DNA of 32,000 bases from an uncultured Candidatus Brocadia sp. (GCA_964490485.1 CAZBCT010000002.1:18993-50992), one strand, 5' to 3'; shown: positions 15,197-25,869, counted from the first letter of the stretch. Made by a program: numbers and translations. Notes: generated from the letters alone by a model not told the origin.

Positions 15197-17023
15197 TTAT
15201 TCAACGGTGACACTCTTGGCAAGATTCCGGGGTTTATCAACATCGCAACCACGCATGACCGCCATATGATACGCCAGTAATTGAAGCGGTATTACGGAAA
15301 GGATCGGCGTCAGCCAGTCGGCAGTTTTTGGTATATAAAACACATGATCCACTTTTTCTCTGATAGAATCGTCTCCTTCCGTGGCAATTGCAATTAACTT
15401 TCCACCCCTGGATTTTACCTCCGCAATATTGCTCAAAATCTTTCCGTAGACGCTGTCCTGTGTGGCAACAAAGACCACGGGCATATCTTTGTTAATAAGT
15501 GCGATGGGGCCGTGTTTCATTTCCGCTGCCGGATAACCTTCAGCATGAATATAGGATATCTCTTTGAGTTTTAAGGCGCCTTCGAGCGCCACGGGATAAT
15601 TATATCCCCGTCCCAAATAAAGAGCATTCTCCCGGTCTTTATAGATTCGGGCAAGTTCCACAATCTTCTCTTCCCTGTCGAGAATGGCCTGTACCTTGTC
15701 GGGTATCGATTGAATAACTTTAATCGCATCGGAAGATAGAGGATTGTGGGGATACTTCAAATTCATCATATACAAGGTAAACAGATACAAAACGGTAATC
15801 TGGGCAGTAAATGCCTTGGTGGATGCAACCCCGATCTCAGGGCCGATATGCAAATAGATCCCACAATCAGCCTCCCGGGCAATCGTACTGCCCACGACAT
15901 TGCAGATAGAAAGCAACTTCGCTCCTTTGTGCTTTGCTTCCCGCATTGCCGCCAGGGTATCTGCCGTCTCCCCTGACTGGCTTATGGCAATAACGACCGT
16001 GTCTGCTTCAATCACGGGGTTCCGGTACCGAAACTCCGAAGCATATTCAACTTCAACGGGGATACGCGCCAGTTCTTCCAGCATATATTCACCGACAAGT
16101 CCTGCATGCCAGGAAGTGCCGCAAGCAACGATAACGATGCGCTTCGCCGCGCGGAGTTCCTTTTCGCAGCTTAACAATCCACCCAGCTTAACCATGCCAT
16201 GATCGCCTTCTATCCTTCCCCGCATAACATTTCGTAATGCCTGGGGTTGTTCGTGGATCTCTTTGAGCATAAAATGTTCGTACCCACCCTTCTCGATCAT
16301 GTCAATATTCCAGAGCACCTCTTCCACCTTTTTGTAAGTGGGAATATTTTCCATCGTTTTGGTTTCATAACAATCCGGGGTAAGAATTACCACTTCATTA
16401 TCATCCAGATACACCACATCCCTCGTATGCTCCAGAGAAGCAGAGACGTCTGAGGTTACGAAGTATTCTTTATTGCCGATTCCTATTACCAGAGGAGATC
16501 CCTTTCTTGCCGCAACAATCTTTTGGGGGTCTTTCGGAGAAATGACGGCAATTCCATAGGTTCCCTCTACCTCTTTCAATGCCTCCATGACAGCTTGTTC
16601 GAGGTTATTCCGGAAGTATTTTTCGATCAGATGCGCCAGGACCTCGGTATCGGTCTCACTCTGAAAAACATGCCCTTCCCGTTTCAGTTTTGCTTTTAAA
16701 TAATCATAATTCTCGATAATTCCGTTATGCACAACGGCAATCTGCTTGTGGCAATCCATATGAGGGTGGGCATTTTCCATAGTCGGGGCGCCGTGCGTTG
16801 CCCATCGCGTATGAACAATTCCTATATGAGTATTAAAATTGTCCCCATTGAGCTTTTTCTCGAGTTCAGCTATCTTTCCAACGGCCTTTTCACACTGCAA
16901 CCTGCCGTTTTCAACAAATGCAATTCCGGAGGAATCGTATCCGCGATATTCGAGCCTTTTAATACCATCCAGCAAAATAGTAACGGCCTTATTTTGTCCA
17001 ATATATCCTACAATTCCACACAT
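15197..17023 (-). CDS. glmS: Glutamine--fructose-6-phosphate aminotransferase (isomerising)
   Basis: MCGIVGYIG N-terminus (Cys nucleophile directly after the initiator Met), two SIS domains and a C-terminal KSVTVE. The start is set at 17023 (GAGGG lies 9 nt upstream), not at the ORF-track start of 17038. Confidence 0.95.
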   Translation of the reverse strand: MCGIVGYIGQNKAVTILLDGIKRLEYRGYDSSGIAFVENGRLQCEKAVGKIAELEKKLNGDNFNTHIGIVHTRWATHGAPTMENAHPHMDCHKQIAVVHNGIIENYDYLKAKLKREGHVFQSETDTEVLAHLIEKYFRNNLEQAVMEALKEVEGTYGIAVISPKDPQKIVAARKGSPLVIGIGNKEYFVTSDVSASLEHTRDVVYLDDNEVVILTPDCYETKTMENIPTYKKVEEVLWNIDMIEKGGYEHFMLKEIHEQPQALRNVMRGRIEGDHGMVKLGGLLSCEKELRAAKRIVIVACGTSWHAGLVGEYMLEELARIPVEVEYASEFRYRNPVIEADTVVIAISQSGETADTLAAMREAKHKGAKLLSICNVVGSTIAREADCGIYLHIGPEIGVASTKAFTAQITVLYLFTLYMMNLKYPHNPLSSDAIKVIQSIPDKVQAILDREEKIVELARIYKDRENALYLGRGYNYPVALEGALKLKEISYIHAEGYPAAEMKHGPIALINKDMPVVFVATQDSVYGKILSNIAEVKSRGGKLIAIATEGDDSIREKVDHVFYIPKTADWLTPILSVIPLQLLAYHMAVMRGCDVDKPRNLAKSVTVE

Positions 17024-17040
17024 GGGTTTATCCCTCAAAA

Positions 17041-18051
17041 TTATGGTGAAGTTTTTACGAGTCTCTTGATGGTACTATATATTTCCGGTAGTTTTTTGAT
17101 TAACACCTGAATGCGTTTTTCTTCCGTGATGGGTTTGGCCGGCGACCCCCACACAATTGCCCCGGGCTCTAAACTCTTATAAACATTAGACCCTCCACCA
17201 ATCTTACAGCCATCGCCTATCGAGGCATGGTCGGTGACACCAACGTCTTCTGCAATCAGGACGTTCTTTCCGATTTTCGTGCTTCCCGCAATCTTGGCGT
17301 ATGCAATGAGCATTGTGTTGTCTCCTATGGCAACATTATGGGCAATATGGGAATGGTTGTCTATCTTTACTCCGTTTCCAATAATGGTTTTATCGAGGGC
17401 AGCACGGCAGATCGTTACCATGGCTCCAATTTCGACATCATCTCCTATTTCAACGATGCCAATCTGTGGTATCTTGACGTGTTTTTTCTCCACTTGAAGA
17501 TAGCCAAATCCATCATCGCCAATGACACTGTTACAATGGATAATAACCCGTTTCCCAATGACCGTGTCTTCCCGGATAGAAACATTGGCGTAAATAACTG
17601 AGTTGTCTCCAATGCGGCTACCCCTGCCAATAAACGTGTTTGGATAAATGACAACATGCTTACCAATCGCCACTCCGTCTTCCACGACAACATACGCCCC
17701 GGCAGCAACCCCCTCCCCCACGGCAGCTTGTTTACTAATGATTGCTGTAGGATGAATGCCCGCAGGACGCCGATATCGTTCTTGTGCGACGACCTCCAGT
17801 AATTTTGTAAAGGAGAGACTTGGGTTCTCTACGATAATTTGTGGCTTTTTTAGCTGTGGTATCTCGCGGTGGATAACAACTGCGGCGGCGCGGGACGTCA
17901 AAGCCTGATGGACAAGAGAGTCATTCCTGACAAAGGTTATGTCTCCTTCTTTTGCAGCTTCAACGCTAGCGATTCCCGTAATGCAGGCATTCCCATTGCC
18001 AACGATTTTTCCACCAATAATAGACTGGATTTCATTAAGGGTAAATTTCAT
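17041..18051 (-). CDS. lpxD: UDP-3-O-(3-hydroxyacyl)glucosamine N-acyltransferase
   Basis: 336 aa. LpxD-type N-terminal domain (ITGIASVEAAKEGDITFV) followed by long hexapeptide (left-handed beta-helix) repeats. Confidence 0.9.
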   Translation of the reverse strand: MKFTLNEIQSIIGGKIVGNGNACITGIASVEAAKEGDITFVRNDSLVHQALTSRAAAVVIHREIPQLKKPQIIVENPSLSFTKLLEVVAQERYRRPAGIHPTAIISKQAAVGEGVAAGAYVVVEDGVAIGKHVVIYPNTFIGRGSRIGDNSVIYANVSIREDTVIGKRVIIHCNSVIGDDGFGYLQVEKKHVKIPQIGIVEIGDDVEIGAMVTICRAALDKTIIGNGVKIDNHSHIAHNVAIGDNTMLIAYAKIAGSTKIGKNVLIAEDVGVTDHASIGDGCKIGGGSNVYKSLEPGAIVWGSPAKPITEEKRIQVLIKKLPEIYSTIKRLVKTSP

Positions 18052-18151
18052 GTATCTGCCGGGAAGTTTGCTGGTTTATATTTTCTGTATCCTTCATGTT
18101 ACTTCTGGCCAGGTGTTGATGGCGCGACAGGGTGTGTTTCAGGTTATGTAA

Positions 18152-19396
18152 TTATACCTGTCCGAGGATAATGCATGCATTGTGACCACCAAAGCCAAAT
18201 GAATTGGAAAGAGCCTTCTTAACCTTCATTTCCCGGGACACATTGGGAACAAAGTCCAATCCGGCGCATTCGGGATCAGGTGTCTCATGGTTAATAGTTG
18301 GTGGTATGACCCCGTCCTTAATTACTAAGGAACAGATGATGACTTCGACGCTTCCTGAAGCGCCAAGTTGATGTCCCAGCATAGATTTTGTGGAACTAAT
18401 AGGGATTTTGGATGCATACAATCCAAAGACCTTTTTTACGGCGTTCATTTCAATATTGTCACCAATTGGGGTTGAGGTAGCATGGGCATTAATGTAATCT
18501 ATTTCTTCCGGATTACACTGTGCGTCTTTCAGGGCGCTTACCATACACCGCATAGCACCCTCACCGTTGGGTTCTGGCGCTGCAATATGATACGCATCTG
18601 CATTAAGCCCGTAGCCGAGTACTTCTGCATAAATATGGGCACCTCTTTTCCTCGCGATTTCAAATTCCTCAAGCACAACAACACCGGCACCTTCTGAAAG
18701 GACGAAACCATCCCGATCCTTGTCAAAAGGACGACTGGCTTTTTGTGGTGCATCATTACGGGTAGAAAGGGCCTTCATCGAGCTAAAACCAGCCATTGCC
18801 AAAGGGGTAACTACCGCCTCAGAGCTTCCCGCAAGCATAATATCGGCATCTTCCCTCTGGATAATCCTGGCGGCCTCGCCAATGGCATTACCACCGGTAG
18901 TGCATGCCGTTACCAATGCATAATTTGGTCCCTTTAACCCAAATCGTATTGCTACTTGCGCCGGAGCAGCATTGACCATTAATTTGGGAATCAGAAAAGG
19001 AGATATTCTTGAAGGGCCCTTTTTGAGCAGGATTTCATGTTGCGCCTCAAGTTCGATCAAACCGCCCATGCCAGAGCCAATAATAACGCCTCCTCTGGTC
19101 CTATCGAAACCATCGAAACTCAGTTCGGCATCTTTTACTGCCTGGACAGCAGCGACGATAGCAAACTGAGCAAATCGGTCTAACCGCCGCGCCTCCTTGA
19201 CATCAAGCCAACGGGTAGGCACAAAATCACTAACCTCTCCACCAAAATGTACATCAAAAGCAGAGGTGTCGAAGGATGTGATAGGCTTAATACCGCTTTT
19301 CCCTGCGCAGAGTGCTGACCAGATTTGCGCCTTTTCATGTCCCAATGCGGTAATTGCACCTACGCCGGTAATAACTACCCTTCGCCGTCTTTGCAT
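18152..19396 (-). CDS. fabF: 3-oxoacyl-ACP synthase II
   Basis: 414 aa. RVVITGVGAITALG, active-site ACTTG, and HATSTPxGD ... GHxLGAxG motifs. Confidence 0.95.
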   Translation of the reverse strand: MQRRRRVVITGVGAITALGHEKAQIWSALCAGKSGIKPITSFDTSAFDVHFGGEVSDFVPTRWLDVKEARRLDRFAQFAIVAAVQAVKDAELSFDGFDRTRGGVIIGSGMGGLIELEAQHEILLKKGPSRISPFLIPKLMVNAAPAQVAIRFGLKGPNYALVTACTTGGNAIGEAARIIQREDADIMLAGSSEAVVTPLAMAGFSSMKALSTRNDAPQKASRPFDKDRDGFVLSEGAGVVVLEEFEIARKRGAHIYAEVLGYGLNADAYHIAAPEPNGEGAMRCMVSALKDAQCNPEEIDYINAHATSTPIGDNIEMNAVKKVFGLYASKIPISSTKSMLGHQLGASGSVEVIICSLVIKDGVIPPTINHETPDPECAGLDFVPNVSREMKVKKALSNSFGFGGHNACIILGQV

Positions 19397-19630
19397 TTAT
19401 TTATGTTCCTCGATGTATTTGATCGCGTCCCCCACCGTTCTGATCTTTTCCGCATCTTCATCAGGGATATTCATATCAAAGGCGTCTTCAAATTCCATAA
19501 TCAGTTCTACGGTATCCAAAGAATCTGCTCCAAGGTCATTGATAAATGACGTTTCTTTTGTAATCTGGTCAGTTTTTACTCCCATTTGCTTTGTGATAAT
19601 TTCTTTGACCTTATTTTCAATTGCTGACAC
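19397..19630 (-). CDS. acpP: Acyl carrier protein
   Basis: 77 aa. [17 protein letters not shown] carries the phosphopantetheine-attachment Ser. The stop directly abuts the fabF start. Confidence 0.95.
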   Translation of the reverse strand: MSAIENKVKEIITKQMGVKTDQITKETSFINDLGADSLDTVELIMEFEDAFDMNIPDEDAEKIRTVGDAIKYIEEHK

Positions 19631-19652
19631 GGTTTACCTCCTTATACTAAAA

Positions 19653-20606
19653 TTAATTCGATTCCCCTATATTTTCATATGCCTCTACGGTATCTATGCT
19701 TTTGATTTCCCGGGTAGCGTCAATTCTTTTCATGAGTCCCGCCAGTGTCTTGCCAGGCCCAATCTCATAAAACTGATCGAATCCGTTTTGTATGAGCAAA
19801 GAGATCGACTGATGCCACCGCACCGGGTTATTTAATTGTTTTGACAAAGATGTTTTTATCTCGTCAGGTTCTCTCACGTATCTTGCGTGAATATTCGCTA
19901 CCACCGGAATATGTGGTTTCGAGACAGGAGTCGCTTCAAGTTCCCGTGCAAGTTTATCAGTTGCGGGAATCATTAAGTCTGAATGAAATGCCCCGTCGAC
20001 CTTCAAGGGGACAACCATTCTTGCCCCCCGTTCCTTGGCGAGAACTGAAGCCTTTTCTAACAGCGGTTTTTCGCCTGAGATAACAACCTGTCCCGGACTA
20101 TTGTAATTTGCTGCACAAAGAACCCCCATGGGCATCATCTCTGCACAAATCTGCTCTACTTTTTCGTCTTCCAGTCCAATAACAGAAACCATTCCGCCCG
20201 GATTTGCATTGCACGCTTCCTGCATAAACAGCCCACGCTTACATACCAGTCTCACCGCATCCTGAAAGGTCATTGAGCCGGCAGCAACATGCGCCGTATA
20301 TTCCCCCAGGCTGAGCCCTGCAGCTGCCTGACACCCACTTCTGTAACCTGCCGGGTTTCTTTTTAAGACTTCCAGTATTGCCAGGCTGGTTACGAGTATG
20401 GCAGGCTGGCAAACAGATGTCTTGTTTAATTCCTCCTGCGTTCCCTGGAAACAAAGCGCGGCTATATCAAACCCCAGTATTTCATTCGCCTGATTAAATA
20501 TCTCTCTCGCTTCTTTAAAATGGGTATAAAAATCCTTACCCATTCCCACATATTGTGATCCCTGCCCGGGGAAAAGAAATGCTGTTTTTCGTACGCGTTC
20601 TACCAT
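19653..20606 (-). CDS. fabD: Malonyl-CoA:ACP transacylase
   Basis: 317 aa. FLFPGQGSQYVGMG and the GLSLGEY active-site motif. Confidence 0.93.
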   Translation of the reverse strand: MVERVRKTAFLFPGQGSQYVGMGKDFYTHFKEAREIFNQANEILGFDIAALCFQGTQEELNKTSVCQPAILVTSLAILEVLKRNPAGYRSGCQAAAGLSLGEYTAHVAAGSMTFQDAVRLVCKRGLFMQEACNANPGGMVSVIGLEDEKVEQICAEMMPMGVLCAANYNSPGQVVISGEKPLLEKASVLAKERGARMVVPLKVDGAFHSDLMIPATDKLARELEATPVSKPHIPVVANIHARYVREPDEIKTSLSKQLNNPVRWHQSISLLIQNGFDQFYEIGPGKTLAGLMKRIDATREIKSIDTVEAYENIGESN

Positions 20607-21589
20607 CGAATGACTGAAGATCCCCAGGTCAATCCGCCTCCAAACGCTACCAGCATAACAATATCTCCTTTGGAGAGTCGCCCTTCCTTTCTGGCCTCGT
20701 CAATTGCAATGGGAATAGATGCTGATGACGTATTTCCATATTTATCGATATTTACAAACGCTTTTTCCTTGGGTAATCCAAGTTTTTCCATAGTTGCTTC
20801 AATAATTCTCAGGTTACTCTGATGGGGAATAATGAGATCGATATCGTTGATCGTAAGGTCGTTTTTCGTTACCGTCTCCAGAATCAGGTTTGTTATATTA
20901 TTAATCGCTAGCTTAAATACCTCTTTGCCTCTAAATTGTATATAGTGCGTCCGCTGTTGTACCGATTCTATAGAAGCTGGGGTCTTCGCTCCCCCACCGG
21001 GCATGATGAGGACATCTGCCTGTGATCCATCGGCAGCCAGGCTCGTTGAAAGAATCTCGTGTTTTGTACTGCTTTTTTGTATGACAACAGCACCGGCGCC
21101 ATCTCCAAACAATACACAGGTGGTGCGGTCAGTATAGTCGGTAATCGTCGATAAACACTCAGCCCCTACCACCAGGACGGTCTCCATTGCCCCTGAATTT
21201 ACAAAGCTTTGCCCGATCGATAGTGCATAAATAAATCCGGCGCATGCTGCTAATATATCAAACGCACTCGCCCTGGTTGCGCCAAGTTTTTGTTGTATAA
21301 AACAAGAAGTCGAAGGAAAGATGTGATCTGGAGTTATTGTGGAGGTAATAATCATATCCAAATCGTTGGGTGATACTCCAGCGTCTTCCATCGCCCTGAG
21401 TGATGCCTGAGTTCCAAGATCAGAGGTTATTTGCCCATTTTCAATAATTCGGCGTTCTTTAATACCTGTCCGCTGGATAATCCAATCGTCACTGGTATCA
21501 ACCATCTTTTCTAAATCATAATTTGTCAAAACCTTGCCAGGCAGGTAGGATCCTATACCGGTAATAGACGCCCTTTGATTCTGTCGCAT
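20600..21589 (-). CDS. fabH: 3-oxoacyl-ACP synthase III
   Basis: 329 aa. ITGIGSYLPGKVLTNYDLEKMVDTSDDWI, an ACAGF active-site Cys, and HQSN / GNTSSAS motifs. Confidence 0.93.
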   Translation of the reverse strand: MRQNQRASITGIGSYLPGKVLTNYDLEKMVDTSDDWIIQRTGIKERRIIENGQITSDLGTQASLRAMEDAGVSPNDLDMIITSTITPDHIFPSTSCFIQQKLGATRASAFDILAACAGFIYALSIGQSFVNSGAMETVLVVGAECLSTITDYTDRTTCVLFGDGAGAVVIQKSSTKHEILSTSLAADGSQADVLIMPGGGAKTPASIESVQQRTHYIQFRGKEVFKLAINNITNLILETVTKNDLTINDIDLIIPHQSNLRIIEATMEKLGLPKEKAFVNIDKYGNTSSASIPIAIDEARKEGRLSKGDIVMLVAFGGGLTWGSSVIRW

Positions 21590-21634
21590 GTATAATTGTA
21601 AATTATCCAGAGGAGATTAATAGGGGCTCATCGG

Positions 21635-22651
21635 TTACGTAACACTTCCCGTAGGCACATTGGCCTTTTCCAGTTCGGAAACAATATGCTCATTGACTTT
21701 ATTTTTTGATAACTGCAATGCAACTCTTATGGCATTATAGATAGCCTTGGAATCAGACCTGCCATGACAGACAATACACACACCGTTGACACCCAGCAAA
21801 GGCGCGCCGCCATATTCAGTAAAGTCCATTTTAGCCTTTAAAGGCGCGAAGGCAGGTTTGCACAAGAACAAACCCAACTTTGTCCAGAAACTTTTCATTG
21901 CTTCAGCCTTAATCGTCGATAAAAATCCTACAGCAAGGCCTTCCGCAAATTTCAATATCACGTTTCCGACAAAACCCTCACAAACAACAATATCCGCTTT
22001 CCCATCAAATATTTCCCGTCCTTCTATATTTCCCACGAAGGTTAATTGCGAATGGGAGAAAAGGGCGAACGTTTCTTTCACCAGATCATTCCCTTTTGCA
22101 TCTTCTTCGCCGATATTCAAAAGTCCTACCCGTGGATCTTTAACACCAAAGATATATTTGCTGAATATCGTTGACATAACGCCATACTGAAAGAGGTGTA
22201 TTGGTTTACAGGCAATATTTGCCCCCACGTCAATAATCAGACAGACGCCCGCCATCGTAGGAAACGGAGTAGCAATGCCGGGACGACGCACCCCTTTCAA
22301 CGTTCGCAAATGCAATGTTGCTGCTGCAACGGTTGCCCCTGTATGGCCTGCACTCACCACGGCAGCGGCTTCACCACTCGCCACAAGCTCAACACTTCGC
22401 GTGATTGATGAATTCGTTTTCTGACGTATGGAATATGTTGCGGGATCTTCCATATTAATCACCTGAGATGTGTGATGCGTGGTAATGTTTTTGGGGACAG
22501 TGCTGTAAGATGCTAATTCCCGCTGTATCGCTTTTTCATCGCCAACCAGCAAAATCTCACTATCTTGAAATTGCTGCGCAGCCAGGACAGATCCCTTAAC
22601 AACCTCATGGGGAGCCTTGTCCCCACCCATTGCATCTACCGCAACTTTCAT
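21635..22651 (-). CDS. plsX: Phosphate acyltransferase PlsX
   Basis: 338 aa. MKVAVDAMGGDKAP start and a GFVGNV motif. Confidence 0.93.
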   Translation of the reverse strand: MKVAVDAMGGDKAPHEVVKGSVLAAQQFQDSEILLVGDEKAIQRELASYSTVPKNITTHHTSQVINMEDPATYSIRQKTNSSITRSVELVASGEAAAVVSAGHTGATVAAATLHLRTLKGVRRPGIATPFPTMAGVCLIIDVGANIACKPIHLFQYGVMSTIFSKYIFGVKDPRVGLLNIGEEDAKGNDLVKETFALFSHSQLTFVGNIEGREIFDGKADIVVCEGFVGNVILKFAEGLAVGFLSTIKAEAMKSFWTKLGLFLCKPAFAPLKAKMDFTEYGGAPLLGVNGVCIVCHGRSDSKAIYNAIRVALQLSKNKVNEHIVSELEKANVPTGSVT

Positions 22652-22654
22652 AGC

Positions 22655-22882
22655 TTATATTCCAACGGAAACGACCTGTTTACCCCGGTAATAGCCGCAG
22701 TTGTGACAAACCGTGTGTGGTTCATTTACCTGTTTGCAATGGGAACAAATATAACGCTTGGACCGTATTCCAGTGCCTTTTTCGATATTTTCAGCAAGCG
22801 GAATAACCGGCGGAGTTAATTTGTCGTGAGTCCGTCTCTTTCGAGTTCTCGAATTCGAAAACCTTCTCTTTGGATTGGGCAT
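22655..22882 (-). CDS. rpmF: 50S ribosomal protein L32 (long, zinc-ribbon form)
   Basis: MPNPKRRFSNSRTRKRRTHDKL N-terminus plus CSHC ... CHNC. GAGGTG lies upstream. Confidence 0.9.
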   Translation of the reverse strand: MPNPKRRFSNSRTRKRRTHDKLTPPVIPLAENIEKGTGIRSKRYICSHCKQVNEPHTVCHNCGYYRGKQVVSVGI

Positions 22883-23056
22883 ATATCACCTCTAAAAAAA
22901 TTTCACACTACCACAAAAAGGATACCAGATTGTAAAAACACTATATCTTTTCACTCTCTTTTTTCTTTTGTTACCCAGACATAAGTTCTTTTATTTTTCG
23001 ACCATAGACCGCTTATTATGCTTTGGTCAGAAATAGATAAAATTCATATATGCATA

Positions 23057-23078
23057 AGAATTCCAAACGGGGAATTCT
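23057..23078 (-). terminator. Stem-loop ~110 nt downstream of alaS, weak terminator candidate
   Basis: AGAATTCC-aaacgg-GGAATTCT (8-bp stem). On the minus strand it is followed by a moderately T-rich tract. Confidence 0.3.
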
Positions 23079-23190
23079 ATAAGATAACTGTATTCAATGT
23101 CAAGCAAAAACTCAGTGGTACCATGCGTTCTGAAGTGCATGTCGGTGTTTTGTTTGTGTTGTATCATTCGTCGAATTTCTTGTTAACACT

Positions 23191-25860
23191 CTATACTGCA
23201 GATGAGCTTGCCCCGGCAAGTATTTTTTTGCTTAGCAACTCCGTGGCGAAACTAAGCGCCTCATCAAGTTTTTCGGCCCATTGCCCTCCTGCCTGCGCCA
23301 TCTCCGGCCTGCCTCCACCCCCTCCACCAACCACTTTTGCCACTTCCTTTGAGATGTTTCCCGCATGCAAACCACATTTGACCAGGCTTGGACTTAAAGC
23401 GGCAATAATTGTTACCCGTCCATTTTGCGCAGTGCCTAATATGATTGCCGCTTCTTTGGTCGATTTCATCAACATGTCCACCGTTTTTCTCAGATCGTCG
23501 GCGGTTGCATCCTCTACTTTTCTTGCAATGATTTTTATCCCGGACACTTCTTTGGCATTCTCAACAAAAGATTCAACCTTGCCGCTTATCTCTTTTTGTT
23601 TTACCTTGTGAACCTCTTTATGGAGATTTTTTAATTCACTCAACACGTCGTGCGCTTTAAGAATCAGCTTTTCCTCAGGAGTATTCAAAATACCACACAC
23701 CTCCTGAAGAAGACTTTCTTTTTCCCTGTCTCTATTTAATGCAGCCATGCCGGTCATTGCTTCAATACGTCTAATCCCGGCAGCAACAGAGGACTCTCCG
23801 ATGATCCTCAGCAATCCTATTTCCCCTGAGTAATTTACATGGGTCCCACCGCACAGCTCCTTGCTGAAATCGCCAACCGACGCCATCCTGACCAACTCTC
23901 CGTATTTTTCTCCAAACAGGGCTATGGCGCCGGCATTCCTTGCTTCCTGGATAGATAATTCCTTTACCGCTACCGGTACGTTTTCCAGAATGATCTCATT
24001 AACCATATCTTCAATTCGCACGATTTCTTCTTTTGTCAGAGCGGAGAAATGATGAAAATCAAAGCGCAGCCTGTCCGGAGCCACCAGGGATCCTGACTGC
24101 TCTGCATGCTGACCTATCACTTTTCGCAAGACATAATGGAGGATATGGGTTGCCGAATGGTTTCGCCGGATGGAGTTCCGCCGCTGAATGTCAATTTTGG
24201 CATGAACCAAACTCCCTTTCCTGATATCTCCTTTTGTCACCTTTCCCATGTGGAGGATGAAATCGTTGTTTTTTTTCGTATCGGCAATTCTGACCTGGCT
24301 TCCATTCGATTCCAGCACCCCGGTGTCACCAATTTGTCCGCCCGATTCTCCATAAAAAGGCGTCCGGTCTAAAACAACCGCAATTTCATTCCCTGCGGTG
24401 GCTGCATCGACCAGTTGATCCCCCCGGATAAGGGCAATTACCTTCGCTTCACATGCACATTCCTTATAACCAAGAAATTCTGTGCCTTTCGAGATGTCTT
24501 TTATCTTGCTCAGCGGTCCAGTGTCAAAGACCTGGCCCGTCATTTGTGACGATGTCCTTGCCTGTATCCGTTGCTTCTTGAGCTCATTTTCAAAACCATC
24601 CTTGTCTACCGTAAATCCTTTTTCATCGAGAATTAATTCCGTCATATCTAAAGGGAAACCATAGGTGTCATATAATTTAAAGGCTTCTTGGCCTGAAAGA
24701 ACTTTTTGGCTGTTTTTTTGTAACGTATCCATCAGCTCTTTCAACCGGGCTGTCCCCAGTTCTAAAGTTTCATGAAATTTCTCTTCTTCACTTTTTACAA
24801 TCCGTGCAATGTTTTCCCTGCGCTGCTTGATATCGGGGTAGTATTCCTGCATTACATTGCTTACAATCGGCACCAGTTTGTATAAAAAACAGTCTTTTAT
24901 ACCTAATTGCGTGCCATCCCGTATAGCACGCCGCAACAACCGTCTCTCAACATAGCCACGCCCTTCATTGCCTGGCAGGACGCCGTCAGAAATACAAAAC
25001 ACACATGCCTTCACGTGATCTGCAATCCGGCGCATGAGTATGGCTTGCTCCCGTTGCCCGTTGTATTTTATCTGGGAAATTTCTTCCAGAGATTTGATAA
25101 TAGGACTGAAAATATCAATGTCGAAGTTGGTTTGCACTCCCTGTATGACCCGCGCCATCCTTTCCAGTCCCATACCCGTATCAACATTTTTATGGGGTAA
25201 TGGTGTTAGTTTGCCGCCTTCTGTGCGGTCGTATTGCGTAAATACGAGATTCCATATCTCGACAAACCGGTCACAATCACAGGCAGGTTCGCATTCTCTT
25301 CGTCCACAACCGATTTTTTCTCCCTGATCAAAAAATATCTCAGAACATGGACCACAGGGCCCATTTGGGCCCAGGAGGGGTGCGTTTGCCGGCCAGAAGT
25401 TGTCTTTTTCACCGTAGCAATAAATCTTTGCTTTAGGTACACCAAGGTGTTTTTCCCAGATTTCATATGACTCCTGATCATCTTTATAAACACTTACCCT
25501 CAGACGTTCCTCTGGAATTTTCAATTCCTGTAACAGGAATTCCCATGCCCACTCAATCGTCTCTTTTTTAAAATAATCGCCGAAAGAAAAATTTCCCAAC
25601 ATCTCAAAAAAAGTATGATGTGAGGCGGTCCGCCCTACATTATCAATATCGCCCGTACGGAGACATTTCTGGCAGGTGGTTGCCTTTTTGAATGCTAAAT
25701 TCCCTTTGCCCAGAAACATGTCTTTGAACTGATTCATCCCGGCGCCGGTAAAGAGGAGGGTGGGGTCATTCTGGGGAACCAATGAGTCACTGGGCCAGAT
25801 TACGTGGGATTTTTTCTCAAAGAATTTCAGGAATTTACTACGAATCTCGTTTGTCTTCAT
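23191..25860 (-). CDS. alaS: Alanine--tRNA ligase
   Basis: 889 aa. MKTNEIRSKFLKFFEKKSHVIWPSDSLVP N-terminus, HxxxH / CGGTHV editing-domain motifs, and a C-terminal DHHA1-like GGGGGRP. Confidence 0.95.
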   Translation of the reverse strand: MKTNEIRSKFLKFFEKKSHVIWPSDSLVPQNDPTLLFTGAGMNQFKDMFLGKGNLAFKKATTCQKCLRTGDIDNVGRTASHHTFFEMLGNFSFGDYFKKETIEWAWEFLLQELKIPEERLRVSVYKDDQESYEIWEKHLGVPKAKIYCYGEKDNFWPANAPLLGPNGPCGPCSEIFFDQGEKIGCGRRECEPACDCDRFVEIWNLVFTQYDRTEGGKLTPLPHKNVDTGMGLERMARVIQGVQTNFDIDIFSPIIKSLEEISQIKYNGQREQAILMRRIADHVKACVFCISDGVLPGNEGRGYVERRLLRRAIRDGTQLGIKDCFLYKLVPIVSNVMQEYYPDIKQRRENIARIVKSEEEKFHETLELGTARLKELMDTLQKNSQKVLSGQEAFKLYDTYGFPLDMTELILDEKGFTVDKDGFENELKKQRIQARTSSQMTGQVFDTGPLSKIKDISKGTEFLGYKECACEAKVIALIRGDQLVDAATAGNEIAVVLDRTPFYGESGGQIGDTGVLESNGSQVRIADTKKNNDFILHMGKVTKGDIRKGSLVHAKIDIQRRNSIRRNHSATHILHYVLRKVIGQHAEQSGSLVAPDRLRFDFHHFSALTKEEIVRIEDMVNEIILENVPVAVKELSIQEARNAGAIALFGEKYGELVRMASVGDFSKELCGGTHVNYSGEIGLLRIIGESSVAAGIRRIEAMTGMAALNRDREKESLLQEVCGILNTPEEKLILKAHDVLSELKNLHKEVHKVKQKEISGKVESFVENAKEVSGIKIIARKVEDATADDLRKTVDMLMKSTKEAAIILGTAQNGRVTIIAALSPSLVKCGLHAGNISKEVAKVVGGGGGGRPEMAQAGGQWAEKLDEALSFATELLSKKILAGASSSAV

Positions 25861-25869
25861 AACGATGAA

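Noticed and set aside
17024-17040. Possible glmS ribozyme or leader upstream of glmS, and the ORF-track start at 17038
   Set aside because: Only 17 nt separate the lpxD stop from the MCGIVGY start, which leaves no room for a ribozyme. GlmS requires Cys as residue 2, so the start is 17023.
19197-19835. 212-aa plus-strand ORF spanning the fabF/acpP/fabD junctions
   Set aside because: It is antisense to three well-supported genes. Its product is Ser/Ile-rich and low-complexity, with no motif and no RBS.
23018-23611. 197-aa plus-strand ORF overlapping the alaS 3' end
   Set aside because: Most of it is antisense to alaS. The PPPPP run mirrors the GGGGG of the AlaRS C-terminal domain.
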